Part shown: positions 31,279 through 40,090 of the stretch, in pieces
Layout of the letters: each line of letters starts with the position of its first letter
Position numbering within the stretch: the first letter of the stretch is position 1
Assembly (NCBI GenBank): GCA_963827655.1
Contig: CAWHCF010000037.1
Coordinates: forward strand, 61,471 to 125,470
DNA length: 64,000 nucleotides
Direction: 5' to 3'
DNA from: an uncultured Acidobacteriota bacterium
Lineage (GTDB): Bacteria > Acidobacteriota > UBA6911
Program-made: the position numbers and the translations under genes
Notes under the pieces: model-generated
The model's database searches: none
What the model was told of the DNA's origin: nothing
Seen by the model: the letters and a program-made list of their open reading frames with translations, nothing else

Positions 31279-31527
31279 ATGAAGGCTCGTCTTGTCCGCA
31301 TCGGAAATTCGCGAGGCGTCAGGCTGCCTAAGCCTCTCATCGAAGAGGCCGGCCTCACGGACGAGGTTGAGGTTCGCGTTCGTGACGGGGCAATCGTCAT
31401 CATGTCTACGGCCCGGCCGCGATACGGCTGGGGCGAGGCCGCGAGGCAAATGCGGCAACGCGGCGAAGATCGCCTTCTTGAAGAGCCCACTCCCACCCAC
31501 TTCGAGGACGAGGATTGGAAATGGTAG
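31279..31527 (+). CDS. AbrB/MazE family antitoxin
   Basis: RIGNSRGVRLPK.LIE.AGL...V; PR.GW; C-terminal FEDEDWKW. Confidence 0.93.
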   Translation: MKARLVRIGNSRGVRLPKPLIEEAGLTDEVEVRVRDGAIVIMSTARPRYGWGEAARQMRQRGEDRLLEEPTPTHFEDEDWKW

Positions 31528-31856
31528 TGTCACGTTTGGCCAGACGTGGCGATGTGTTCCTCGTAAACCTTGATCCCACAAGGGGCCGTGAGATCCGCAA
31601 GAGGAGACCATGCGTGGTCGTTTCGCCTGACGAGCTGAACGAACACTTGCACACTCTCATCGTTGCCCCGCTTACCACCGGCGGTCACTCATATCCGTTC
31701 CGAGTGCCGTGCCGGTTCCATGGCAAGGCTGGTTACGTCGTCGTCGACCAGATTCGCACGGTCGATCAGGAGCGACTCTCACGAAGGCTTGGGCAGCTTG
31801 CTCCGGCGACTCTGGCCAGAACGCTCTCGGTTCTCCAAGAAATGTTTGCCCCATAA
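31521..31856 (+). CDS. PemK/MazF family toxin
   Basis: RGDVFLVNLDPT.G.EI.K.RPCVVVSPDE; DQIRTVD.ERL; overlaps the antitoxin stop. Confidence 0.95.
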   Translation: MVVSRLARRGDVFLVNLDPTRGREIRKRRPCVVVSPDELNEHLHTLIVAPLTTGGHSYPFRVPCRFHGKAGYVVVDQIRTVDQERLSRRLGQLAPATLARTLSVLQEMFAP

Positions 31857-31859
31857 GAG

Positions 31860-31926
31860 GGTTTCTTCGTGTCTTCGTGGTTAGAGCTGTCTAACGATAC
31901 CACCAAGGCTCAAAGACGCTAAGAAT
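31860..31926. repeat. Family C inverted doublet
   Basis: Spacer GGTTAGAGCTGTCTAA is shared, inverted, with the 35.6-kb doublet. Confidence 0.85.
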
Positions 31927-31934
31927 CCTCCACC

Positions 31935-34900
31935 TCAAAACAGAAGCTTCAGCGCGAACTGAAGCTGTCTGGGACCGGCATTGGCCGTGTTATTGATCGT
32001 TCCGAAGTCGGGCGTGCCCAGCGTCTGCTGCGGCACCCCGAAGTTCGGCGTGTTGGTCAGGTTGAAGACCTCGGCGCGGAACTGCAGCCGGCTGTTCTCG
32101 GTCACGGTGAAGTTTTTGAACACGGAGAAATCCAGCTGCCGCTGCGGAGGACCGTAAAGAATGTTTCGGCCCGCGTTGCCGATTTCAAAAAACGGCTGCG
32201 GCACGAAGGCCGAGGTATCGAACCAGCGATTGACGCTGCGCTGGTCCTCAGGGAAGAGTGCCGTCGGCGATGCGGTGGGGCCGGTCGCCGCCGCCTGTGT
32301 TGGCGCGGCTGGCGGCATTCTGGATCGAATAGGTCAGGCCGGTCTGCGCGACGGCGATGGCGTTCACCTGCCACCCCTTCATGAGCTGCGCCGCGAACCC
32401 GGTGGCGTTTCTTGCAAACGGCAATTCATAGTTAGTCCCGAGCACCCAGCGCTGGCGGACGTCGATGTCGGAGCTCGCGCGCTCCAGCGTTCGATTGTTG
32501 ACCAGCTGGGGGTACGGTCCGCTGCCCGGTTTGCCTCCCGCCGTGGTCTGCGTGTCGTCAATCGCGTGCGCCCAGGTGTAATTGGACATCAGGGTGAAGC
32601 CCTTGCTGAAGCGCCGCTCGAGCGTTGCCTGGAGCGCGTGGTAGTTGGCGATTGAATCGGTCTGCACGAGCGTGATGTTGTTGACGTTCGGGAACTGCGC
32701 GAAGTAGGGGCGTCGCGGGAGGATCGCCCCTGGACCAGGCAACGCCAGGTTGACGTTGGGAGTGCTCAACTGCTTGCGCGACAACGCCCCGACATAGCCC
32801 GCGCTGACTACCATGCCTCCGGCAAATTCGCGCTGCAAGGTCAGGTTGTACTGCTGGACATAACTGGAACGGAAATCAAGGGCGACGGCGGTCAGGTTAC
32901 CCCTCGGATTGGCCGGGTCCGTCGCCACCGGCAGCGGCAATCCCTCAGCCAGCGTGTTGATCGGAGTCAACGGTGTCGTGGCGACCGAGAACAAGCTGAC
33001 GTACGGCGGATTCCGGAAGTGAGCGCTCGAGCCGTAATTCGCCGGGTAGAAGTTTAAGCCGAAGCCGCCGCGCAGCACGGTGCCGCGGCCGAGCGTGGCG
33101 GCAAAACCGAATCGCGGCGCCAGGTCGTTTCGATCCGTGACCACCCCGACGCTGCGCGAGACGCCGTTCTTGCCCGCTTCAAGAATCCGACCGGTCGCCA
33201 GATCCGGGTTCGAGATGCGATCGGCAACCTCGACCAGCGGCGTAAACACCTCGTAGCGCAACCCGAGGTTCAGCGTGAGCCACCGGGCGACGCGCCAGTC
33301 GTCTTGCAGGTAGATGGCGAGTTCCCAGGTTCTCATCCCCGGCCAGACCAGATGGTTTCCTCGCGTGGTCAATGCGGGCAGGCCCAGTAGAAACGAGGCC
33401 ATGCTGTTGCCGCTCCCCGCGACTGCGCCCGACGGGTCGTTGGTGAAGTTCCCGTTGAATTCGAAGTCGCCGCGCGGCTGCGGGCCCTGGAACAGAGTGA
33501 ACTGGCGGCGGCGGAAATCGGCGCCGGTCTTGATGCTGTGCCCGGAACGGATGTGGGTCACGCTGCCGACATACTGAAAGATGTTGTTGAAGCCAATCAG
33601 CGGCACGAAATTGCTGTCGCCAATCCCCCGGAATCCGGCGATCGTCATCGGGGTCAGGCCCGAGCTGTTGATGTCGAAATTCGCCCCGCGGATGCCGAAC
33701 TGCTCGCTCACGTCCTTGCCGTAATTCGGCGTGAGAGAAGAAATGGCGAAGCGCACGAATCCAGCCTTGAACTCGGCCAGCAGGTCGGGGCGAAAGGTGT
33801 GGACGTAATTTAGGTGCACGCCCTGCGAGCGCTGGAGCGCCGGACCGGAAAACTGAAAGCGGTCACCGCCGGCTTCGATGTCTCCCACCGCGGGAAGGTG
33901 CGGCGGCGTGAAGGTATCGGTGTCGTTGAAGGAGTAGCGCCCGTACAAGGAGTCGCGTTCGGAGAAGCGATGGTCGATGCGGATGTCGAAGGTGTCGTCA
34001 CGCTGCTTCTTCACCGGCGCGTGAGTAAAGTTGTTAGCCAGACCCGGGCGCTGTGGCTGGGGATACAGGGTCAGCAGGCGAACGGCAATCGGCTCCAGCC
34101 GGTTGGCCGGAATGACGTCGCCCGGAAAGCGGTCGCGGATGGAGACGGCGGGGTTATTCGGATCGGCGCGCAGAGTCATCGGATCGAAGATCGGGTTGAT
34201 GCCCGCGAAGTTGCCGAGTCTCATTTCGGCCGTCGGCACGGTCGAAACAAAGATCTGCGCCTGACGCTGGCGAAAGCCTTCGTAATCCCCGAAGAAGAAC
34301 GTGCGGTTCTGTTTGATGGCACCCCCGAGGCTGCCGCCGAACTGATTCTGGCGGAACTTGGGGGCAGGACCGGGCGGGGAGAAAAAATTCTTGGCGTCGA
34401 AGATATCGTTGCGAAAGAACTCGAAGAGGGAGCCATGGTACTCGTTGCCTCCCGACTTGGTGACCAGGTTGATCACTCCGCCCGCGGTGCGGCCGAGCTC
34501 GGCGCTGTACAGATTCGTCTGGACCTTGAACTCGGCCAGCGCATCCATGGCCGGCTTGACGACCACGGTGCCGATCGAGCGCTCGTTGTTGTCCATGCCG
34601 TCGACCAGGAAGTTGTTGACGAAGTCGCGCTGCCCGTTCACGGCCACGGAGGAGGTGCGGCGGCGGTCGTCGGGACGGTTGCCGCTCGAGAGGGCATTGG
34701 GGACACTCTCATTCGCGCCGGCCGCCGCCTGCGCCAGGCGGATGAAATTTCGTCCGTTGAGAGGCAGGTCCTGGACGGCGCGCTCGTTGACCAGGCTGCC
34801 GAGCGACGACGAATCCGATTGTAGCGCCGGTGCCTGCGCCTGGACTTCGACCGTTTGCTCCAGCTGTCCGACTTCCAGCCGAACATCGACCCGCAGGCGA

Positions 34901-35190
34901 TCACCGACCGCGAGGACAATTTCCGGCACGCTCCAGCCCCTGAATCCGGTCTGCTCAACCCGGAGCGTGTAGCGGCCAACGGGTAGCAACGCCATTAGAT
35001 AGTTCCCCGTGGTATCGCTCAGCGTCGTCCGCACGACCTTGGTTGCCAGATTCTCGACGGTAATGGTCACGCCCGGAAGCACCGCGCCCGATTCGTCGGT
35101 TACAATCCCGACGATATCAGCCGTGTTAACCTGCGTCCATGCGGGCACGAGGGCAAAAAGACATAGCACACAACTCAGCAAGTATCTCAT
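31935..35190 (-). CDS. TonB-dependent receptor (Oar-like), frameshift near 32252
   Basis: LPLNGRNF; EFKVQT; QNQFGGSLGG; QDDWR; APRFGFA; ends PRQLQFALKLLF. Confidence 0.92.
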
Positions 35191-35541
35191 TGAGACCTCC
35201 GTCAATTGTGAGATTGTCCATCACGGTAGCGACGCGTCGCGCACGAAGACTGGCTTCGGCTAACGCGAGGCGCTTGCGGTCGTCAGGGATTTCGCTTAAC
35301 AGACCACACGGAGGTGAAGCACCGCCAGGTCGAGGTGAGGAGGGATGCCGGCTCGCTGGATGGCTATGACGACGATGTGGCGAGCCTCCACATGTCGAGT
35401 GGCGAGAAGTACGCACTTGGGTGTGACCCGTTGCACGATCGATCTGGGCCGATTATATCAGCCATCTCCCTGACCGATGACTTTTTATTGCAACGGGACC
35501 CACGCTTCTTGGCGTTTCTTTGTATTACTACGCCGTAACTT

Positions 35542-35708
35542 CTTGCTTTCTTGGCAAGATTCTTGGTGTTTCTTCGTGTCTTTGAGTCTTCGTGGTATTT
35601 GTTTAGACAGCTCTAACCACAAAGACACGAAGACACAAAGAAACACTAAGAGCACTTCGGTTGCGGCCTCACGGCTGCGTTAGGTCTTCGTGGCTTGGCG
35701 GTATTTGG
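35542..35708. repeat. Family C inverted doublet (longest copy) plus an extra degenerate arm
   Basis: GTGTTTCTTCGTGTCTTTGAGTCTTCGTGGTATTTG...CTAACCACAAAGACACGAAGACACAAAGAAACACTAAG. Confidence 0.88.
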
Positions 35709-35712
35709 TTCC

Positions 35713-36534
35713 TCAGTTGACGAGACTTTCGGTAAAGTCCGCCAGATCGGCGGCGAAGCGGCGCGGATCCTCCCAGTGGAGGGCATGCCCGGCGCCGGGA
35801 TAGACAACAAGCCGCGATCCCGGGATAGCCGCCGCGAGGGCCTCCTGGTCGCTTCGAGGGAACAAGGCATCCTGATCACCCCAGACGATAAGGGTGGGGG
35901 CATCGATTCTGCCGAGATCCCTTGAAAAATCAGCTTCCATCAAGCCTTTCAGCGCCGCTCGCCACACGCGCGCCGGCAGCTTCAGGCTCTCCCGCACGAC
36001 GGTGTCGAAAAACGCCCGCGGCACTGGCTGTGCCAGCGTACTCATTTGAAACTCACGCACAAAACCCGGATCGATCGGATCCGTAAGATTTGATACGGCG
36101 TCCCTGAGCTCGGCCAACTGTGGATTCCCTCGCAACGTGGTGAACGAGGCCATGAGCACAATCCCCCGCGTGCGCTCGGGGTAGTCGATCCCAAAGCGCT
36201 GGGCAACATAGCTGCCCATACAATGACCGGCAATAACGGCCGGCTCCAGCTCGAGGATATCCATGAAGACCGCAAGGTCTGCCGCCAAATCACTGGGATG
36301 GTAGCCCGTCAGCGGGCGAGTCGCATCGCCATGCCCCCTTTGCGACAGGGCGAAGGCGTGTATGGACTCGGGCAGATGAGGGAGGACGCCCTCGAAGGAT
36401 CGCCACGAGTCGGTATAGCCATGCAGAAACAGCACCGGGATGCCCGAGGGATCGCCCTGCTCGACATAGGGAAGCTCGATCCCGTTAGGAAGTTCAACGC
36501 ACTTGATAGCGGTTGTCGTGTCTGATGTGCTCAT
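35713..36534 (-). CDS. Alpha/beta hydrolase with Cys at the nucleophile position
   Basis: FLHG oxyanion motif, QRGHG, GHCMG elbow, WGDQD acid, GH catalytic His. Confidence 0.9.
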   Translation of the reverse strand: MSTSDTTTAIKCVELPNGIELPYVEQGDPSGIPVLFLHGYTDSWRSFEGVLPHLPESIHAFALSQRGHGDATRPLTGYHPSDLAADLAVFMDILELEPAVIAGHCMGSYVAQRFGIDYPERTRGIVLMASFTTLRGNPQLAELRDAVSNLTDPIDPGFVREFQMSTLAQPVPRAFFDTVVRESLKLPARVWRAALKGLMEADFSRDLGRIDAPTLIVWGDQDALFPRSDQEALAAAIPGSRLVVYPGAGHALHWEDPRRFAADLADFTESLVN

Positions 36535-36576
36535 AAGCGTAGCCTTCCTCTCCTTCTTGGCTTTTGGTGGTTGGGT

Positions 36577-38112
36577 TCACAGCGTCTTGAGAAAAGCGAT
36601 CAGCGCCATCTTGTCTCGGGCCGAGAGTTTCAAACCAAACTCGTGCCCTTTCACGGCGCGCGTCTTCACGCCGTGTCCCTTGAATCCCGTCGGCACGTAG
36701 TCATCGCTGAGCCGGTTGGGGTCGAACCAGTCTTCGAGCGTCATCACCGAGCCGTTGTGCTCGAACGGTCCCCGGTACCAGACTCCTTTCAGCGAAGGCA
36801 CCTTGTAGTAGCCCGTGCCTCTTCTGGTCTTGAGCGCCAGCGTCGGGTCGGTGCCGACCGATAACGGCAGGATGTCGTAATTCATCATGTGATCGATCGG
36901 TGGCGCGAAGCCATCCACCGGCGTCAGCTTGTTATTGGTATAGAGCGGCGGTGTATGGCACGTAGCGCACCCCTGTTTCTGAAAGATCTTCTGCCCGCGC
37001 GCGGCCAGATCGTCGAAAGGGTTCGGGTTGGCCGGAGGCTTGAGCGAATAGAGGTAAAGCGCCAGCGCGTAGAGCTGCTCATCACTATAGCGCTCCTGCG
37101 TTTTTGGCTCGGGCAAGGTGCGGAAGTCTCTCGCGGCAGGGATGAAGCCGCCATAGCTGGCCAGGTTGTCGGCCCCCTGGTTCAGCGCCGAATAACGCAT
37201 CATATCCGCGATCGAGCGCTGGATCAGAAGACCGGTATGGTCCAGATACTTCCGATCCTTGACGCCGATCAGGTCCGGTATCTGTGGCGGAGAGAGCGGG
37301 CTCGTGCCCTGGCGGGCGATCACGCCGGGCGGAATCGCGGCGTGCCATTCGGCTATTTGATCGAGCGACATCCGGTCGACGTCCGCCAGAGGATCGGGGT
37401 TAATCCACGGAACGCTAAAAAAACGGCGCTCAAAAGATCGGATTCTCTCAAGAGTAGAGTTCGCCCGCACGGTGATTTCGGACGCCTGTTCAAAGGGGAA
37501 ATTTCCTTGCGCCCCTTTGATCACCGTCCCGTCGGGCATCACACGGGTGTGGCACATGGCGCAGGAGATCGTGCCCAGCTCGACCTTCCCCTTCTCCCTT
37601 ATGACATAGCGGAAATAAGGCAGCGTGCCGTCTCGTGCTGCCTGCACTGCCATATTCTCGTACCACAGCGGGTCTTTGACATCGGAAGCTCGGACCACGG
37701 CGTCATAGAAGATGGGCGCATCGAACACGATCTCACCCGCTTGGATCCAGTCGGCTTCGGTCTTGAGCCGGGAGGCATCGAAGACCGTTTCCGGCTCCTG
37801 CTGTTTGAGCCATTCCGAATAGCCTGGAGGCTCATGGCCCGGGACATAGACCGGGTAGCTTTTGTAGATCGGCCGAACGGGGATGCGGTAGTAATAGTCG
37901 GCCGAGATGTGCTTGGGGGAAGCGGAGCGATCGACGCGCGGCAATTCCAAACCGTGCATGGCTTCATCCTCCCAGACCCTGAGATGGGCGGGCATGAGAG
38001 CATGAGCTGTTTCCTGTGCGTTGCCGCCGTGAATTAGGCCGGAAACAGCCGCAACGAAGATCAGGGCAAGCATGAGATACTTGATACGCTTTGTTCGCTT
38101 TCCAAACCTCAT
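36577..38112 (-). CDS. Secreted di-haem c-type cytochrome (RoxA-like / cytochrome c peroxidase-MauG superfamily)
   Basis: CAMCH and CATCH; VGTDP; YKVPSL.GVW..GPF.HNGSV.TL; signal peptide; AGGAG RBS. Confidence 0.8.
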   Translation of the reverse strand: MRFGKRTKRIKYLMLALIFVAAVSGLIHGGNAQETAHALMPAHLRVWEDEAMHGLELPRVDRSASPKHISADYYYRIPVRPIYKSYPVYVPGHEPPGYSEWLKQQEPETVFDASRLKTEADWIQAGEIVFDAPIFYDAVVRASDVKDPLWYENMAVQAARDGTLPYFRYVIREKGKVELGTISCAMCHTRVMPDGTVIKGAQGNFPFEQASEITVRANSTLERIRSFERRFFSVPWINPDPLADVDRMSLDQIAEWHAAIPPGVIARQGTSPLSPPQIPDLIGVKDRKYLDHTGLLIQRSIADMMRYSALNQGADNLASYGGFIPAARDFRTLPEPKTQERYSDEQLYALALYLYSLKPPANPNPFDDLAARGQKIFQKQGCATCHTPPLYTNNKLTPVDGFAPPIDHMMNYDILPLSVGTDPTLALKTRRGTGYYKVPSLKGVWYRGPFEHNGSVMTLEDWFDPNRLSDDYVPTGFKGHGVKTRAVKGHEFGLKLSARDKMALIAFLKTL

Positions 38113-38128
38113 CCAGGTAACTCCTGTT

Positions 38129-38196
38129 GGTATCTCTTCGTGTCTTCGCGTCTTCGTGGTTGGTTTCGTGAGGTCCACCACGAAGACGCGAAGAAC
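38129..38196. repeat. Family C inverted doublet
   Basis: CTTCGTGTCTTCGCGTCTTCGTGGT ... ACCACGAAGACGCGAAG. Confidence 0.85.
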
Positions 38197-38210
38197 GCCG
38201 GCTTGGGGGA

Positions 38211-39854
38211 TTACAGATCTCCGATCGTGAGCGATGAGGTCGAGTACTTCCACGCCTCGCTGAATTCCTTTTTCACCCAATCCACTGAGACCGATTTCTG
38301 CTGCATCTTGAGCGCTTCGAGCAGGCCGAAAAGCGAGCGGCCGTTGCGCGGGTTGATTTCCAGATCCTTGCGGAAGATGGCTTCTGCCTCAGCCGCCTTC
38401 CCCTGACGCAGCAGGGCGCCGCCGAGCGCCTCGCGGACCGAGTAATGCCACTCGGGCGGCTCCATGTAGTTCTGCTTGTCCTGAAGTTCGACTGCGCAGC
38501 GCCAATGCTTAATCTCCGACTCGATGTCGCGGTTGGCGCGGGCGATGCGCGCGTCGAGATCCACCAGCCCGATCTCCAGAACGCTCCGCGCGCTGTTGGT
38601 CATGAGCATGTCCGACTCGGAAACCCGGCTGGTAATCACCTGCATGCGCTCGCGCTCAGCCTGAGCCTTCCCGGCTTTGCCCAGGCCCGCAAACGCCAGG
38701 CCGCGCGCATAGTGGTACATGGCATTCACGAACTGGTTCTTCTCCTTCGGCTCAGGCTGCGCCAGCATTTCGTCCCACCTGGCAAAGCGCGTCAGAACCA
38801 GCCACTCGAAGGTGCCATACGACGCGATCATCGGCATGTCGTCGATGGCCCCATCGACGTTCTTCCTCAGCCGCCGCGCCCAGTCCAGGGCCTCGTCGTA
38901 CTTGCCCTGCATCATGCGGGCGAAGGAAACGAAATGCAGATTGTGCGAGTAGTACATTAACGGGTAGACACCCTTGGCGCCTGAGCGCTCAATGTACTTG
39001 CGATCAACGTCCGAAGCCGTCTCGTTCACCGTGGCGGACGACTGGTGGTCGCCCACGCGCAGGAAAATGTGCGACGGCATATGGACGATGTGGCCGGCGC
39101 CGGGCATGAGGGAGCCGAGCCGCATCGCGCTCGGAAGCGCCCGCTCCGGGTTCTTCGACGCCTCGACCGCGTGAATGTAGTAGTGGTTGGCGCCGGGATG
39201 GCTGGGGTCGCGGCGCAGAACGCCTTCCAGAACCGCGATGATCTCGAGCGTCCCTTCGGCGGGCAGGCCGTCCGCGCTCCAGAGCTGCCAGGGTCTGAGG
39301 TTCATCAGCGATTCCGCGTAAAGGGTTGCGGCGTCCAGATCATCCGGATAACGCCGCACTACTTCCCCCATGGCGTCCTTATAGGCAACGCCGAGCTGCT
39401 TGCGGTCCTCGTTGGGGTCCTTCGAGTAACGCTTGACCAGAGCCTCGACGTAGGCCCGCTCGTTCGCCGGGGCGCTCTTGGCCAGATCGATTGCCGTCTC
39501 GATGGCCTTCCAGGCTTTTTCCTCGCGTTCGGGCATCGGAGGAAGATTGTAGTTGGGACCCAGCGCCAGGGCGATCCCCCAGTGCGGCATCGGCGACTTC
39601 GGATCCAGTTCCGCCGCTCGAGCAAAGAGGCGCGCCGCCTCGTCGTGGTTAAAACCAAAAATCAGCGCCAGCCCCTGGTCAAAGAACTTCTGCGCCATCG
39701 CCGATTCCGTGGCAATGGGATGACTGTGGTTGCCAAGCCCTTCCAGCAGTTCCGCCGGCTTCGCCGAACCGGATTGGTGATGGTCGTGCTGCGCCTTCGC
39801 AAAGGACGCAGCAGCAAGCATGACTATGATCAGCTTCCTCGAGTTACCACCCAT
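38211..39854 (-). CDS. Secreted TPR-containing conserved hypothetical protein with His-rich motifs
   Basis: QHDHH after the signal peptide; AQKFFDQGL..FGFNH.EA; HPGANHYYIH; GHIVHMPSHIF. Confidence 0.8.
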   Translation of the reverse strand: MGGNSRKLIIVMLAAASFAKAQHDHHQSGSAKPAELLEGLGNHSHPIATESAMAQKFFDQGLALIFGFNHDEAARLFARAAELDPKSPMPHWGIALALGPNYNLPPMPEREEKAWKAIETAIDLAKSAPANERAYVEALVKRYSKDPNEDRKQLGVAYKDAMGEVVRRYPDDLDAATLYAESLMNLRPWQLWSADGLPAEGTLEIIAVLEGVLRRDPSHPGANHYYIHAVEASKNPERALPSAMRLGSLMPGAGHIVHMPSHIFLRVGDHQSSATVNETASDVDRKYIERSGAKGVYPLMYYSHNLHFVSFARMMQGKYDEALDWARRLRKNVDGAIDDMPMIASYGTFEWLVLTRFARWDEMLAQPEPKEKNQFVNAMYHYARGLAFAGLGKAGKAQAERERMQVITSRVSESDMLMTNSARSVLEIGLVDLDARIARANRDIESEIKHWRCAVELQDKQNYMEPPEWHYSVREALGGALLRQGKAAEAEAIFRKDLEINPRNGRSLFGLLEALKMQQKSVSVDWVKKEFSEAWKYSTSSLTIGDL

Positions 39855-39882
39855 TGGTTAGTCTCCTTTCGCACAACCGTAT

Positions 39883-39898
39883 TGCAAGGTTGGTTCCA
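39883..39898 (-). promoter_or_regulatory. Sigma-54 (-24/-12) promoter
   Basis: TGGAACCAACCTTGCA has exact GG-N10-GC spacing; predicted +1 lies just before the AAAGGAG RBS of the 39854 gene. Confidence 0.75.
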
Positions 39899-39997
39899 CA
39901 CTGTTGGGCAATGAGCATGCGTCGCGTAAACTAAGCAGCAAGAATAATTTGCCAGGTGGGAACAACGCTTGAGTTGAGAAATGCGGCGAGCATCCGA

Positions 39998-40034
39998 CTG
40001 CTGATATTTCAGCAGGTCTGTTGAAATTTCGACA
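39998..40034. promoter_or_regulatory. Tandem palindromic upstream activator sequences for a bacterial enhancer-binding protein
   Basis: CTGCTGA-TATT-TCAGCAG (39998-40015) and TGTTGAAATTTCGACA (40019-40034); centres 20 bp apart, 100-135 bp upstream of the -24 box. Confidence 0.65.
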
Positions 40035-40052
40035 CTGCGGAAGATAGCCTTC

Positions 40053-40090
40053 GACCACGAAGGCACAAAGACACGAAGCAACACTAAGAG
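40053..40090. repeat. Family C single arm (reverse orientation)
   Basis: ACCACGAAGGCACAAAGACACGAAGCAACACTAAG; contains the stop codon of the activator gene. Confidence 0.8.

Noticed and set aside
35191-35450. Cobalamin or TPP riboswitch in the TBDR leader
   Set aside because: No B12-box or CTGAGA-type core recognisable by eye; an Infernal scan would be needed.
38113-38280. N-terminal extension of the cytochrome ORF (and similar extensions at 2591, 13695, 16892, 43667, 55362)
   Set aside because: They run through repeats or neighbouring genes, and a downstream ATG with an RBS, promoter or signal peptide fits better.
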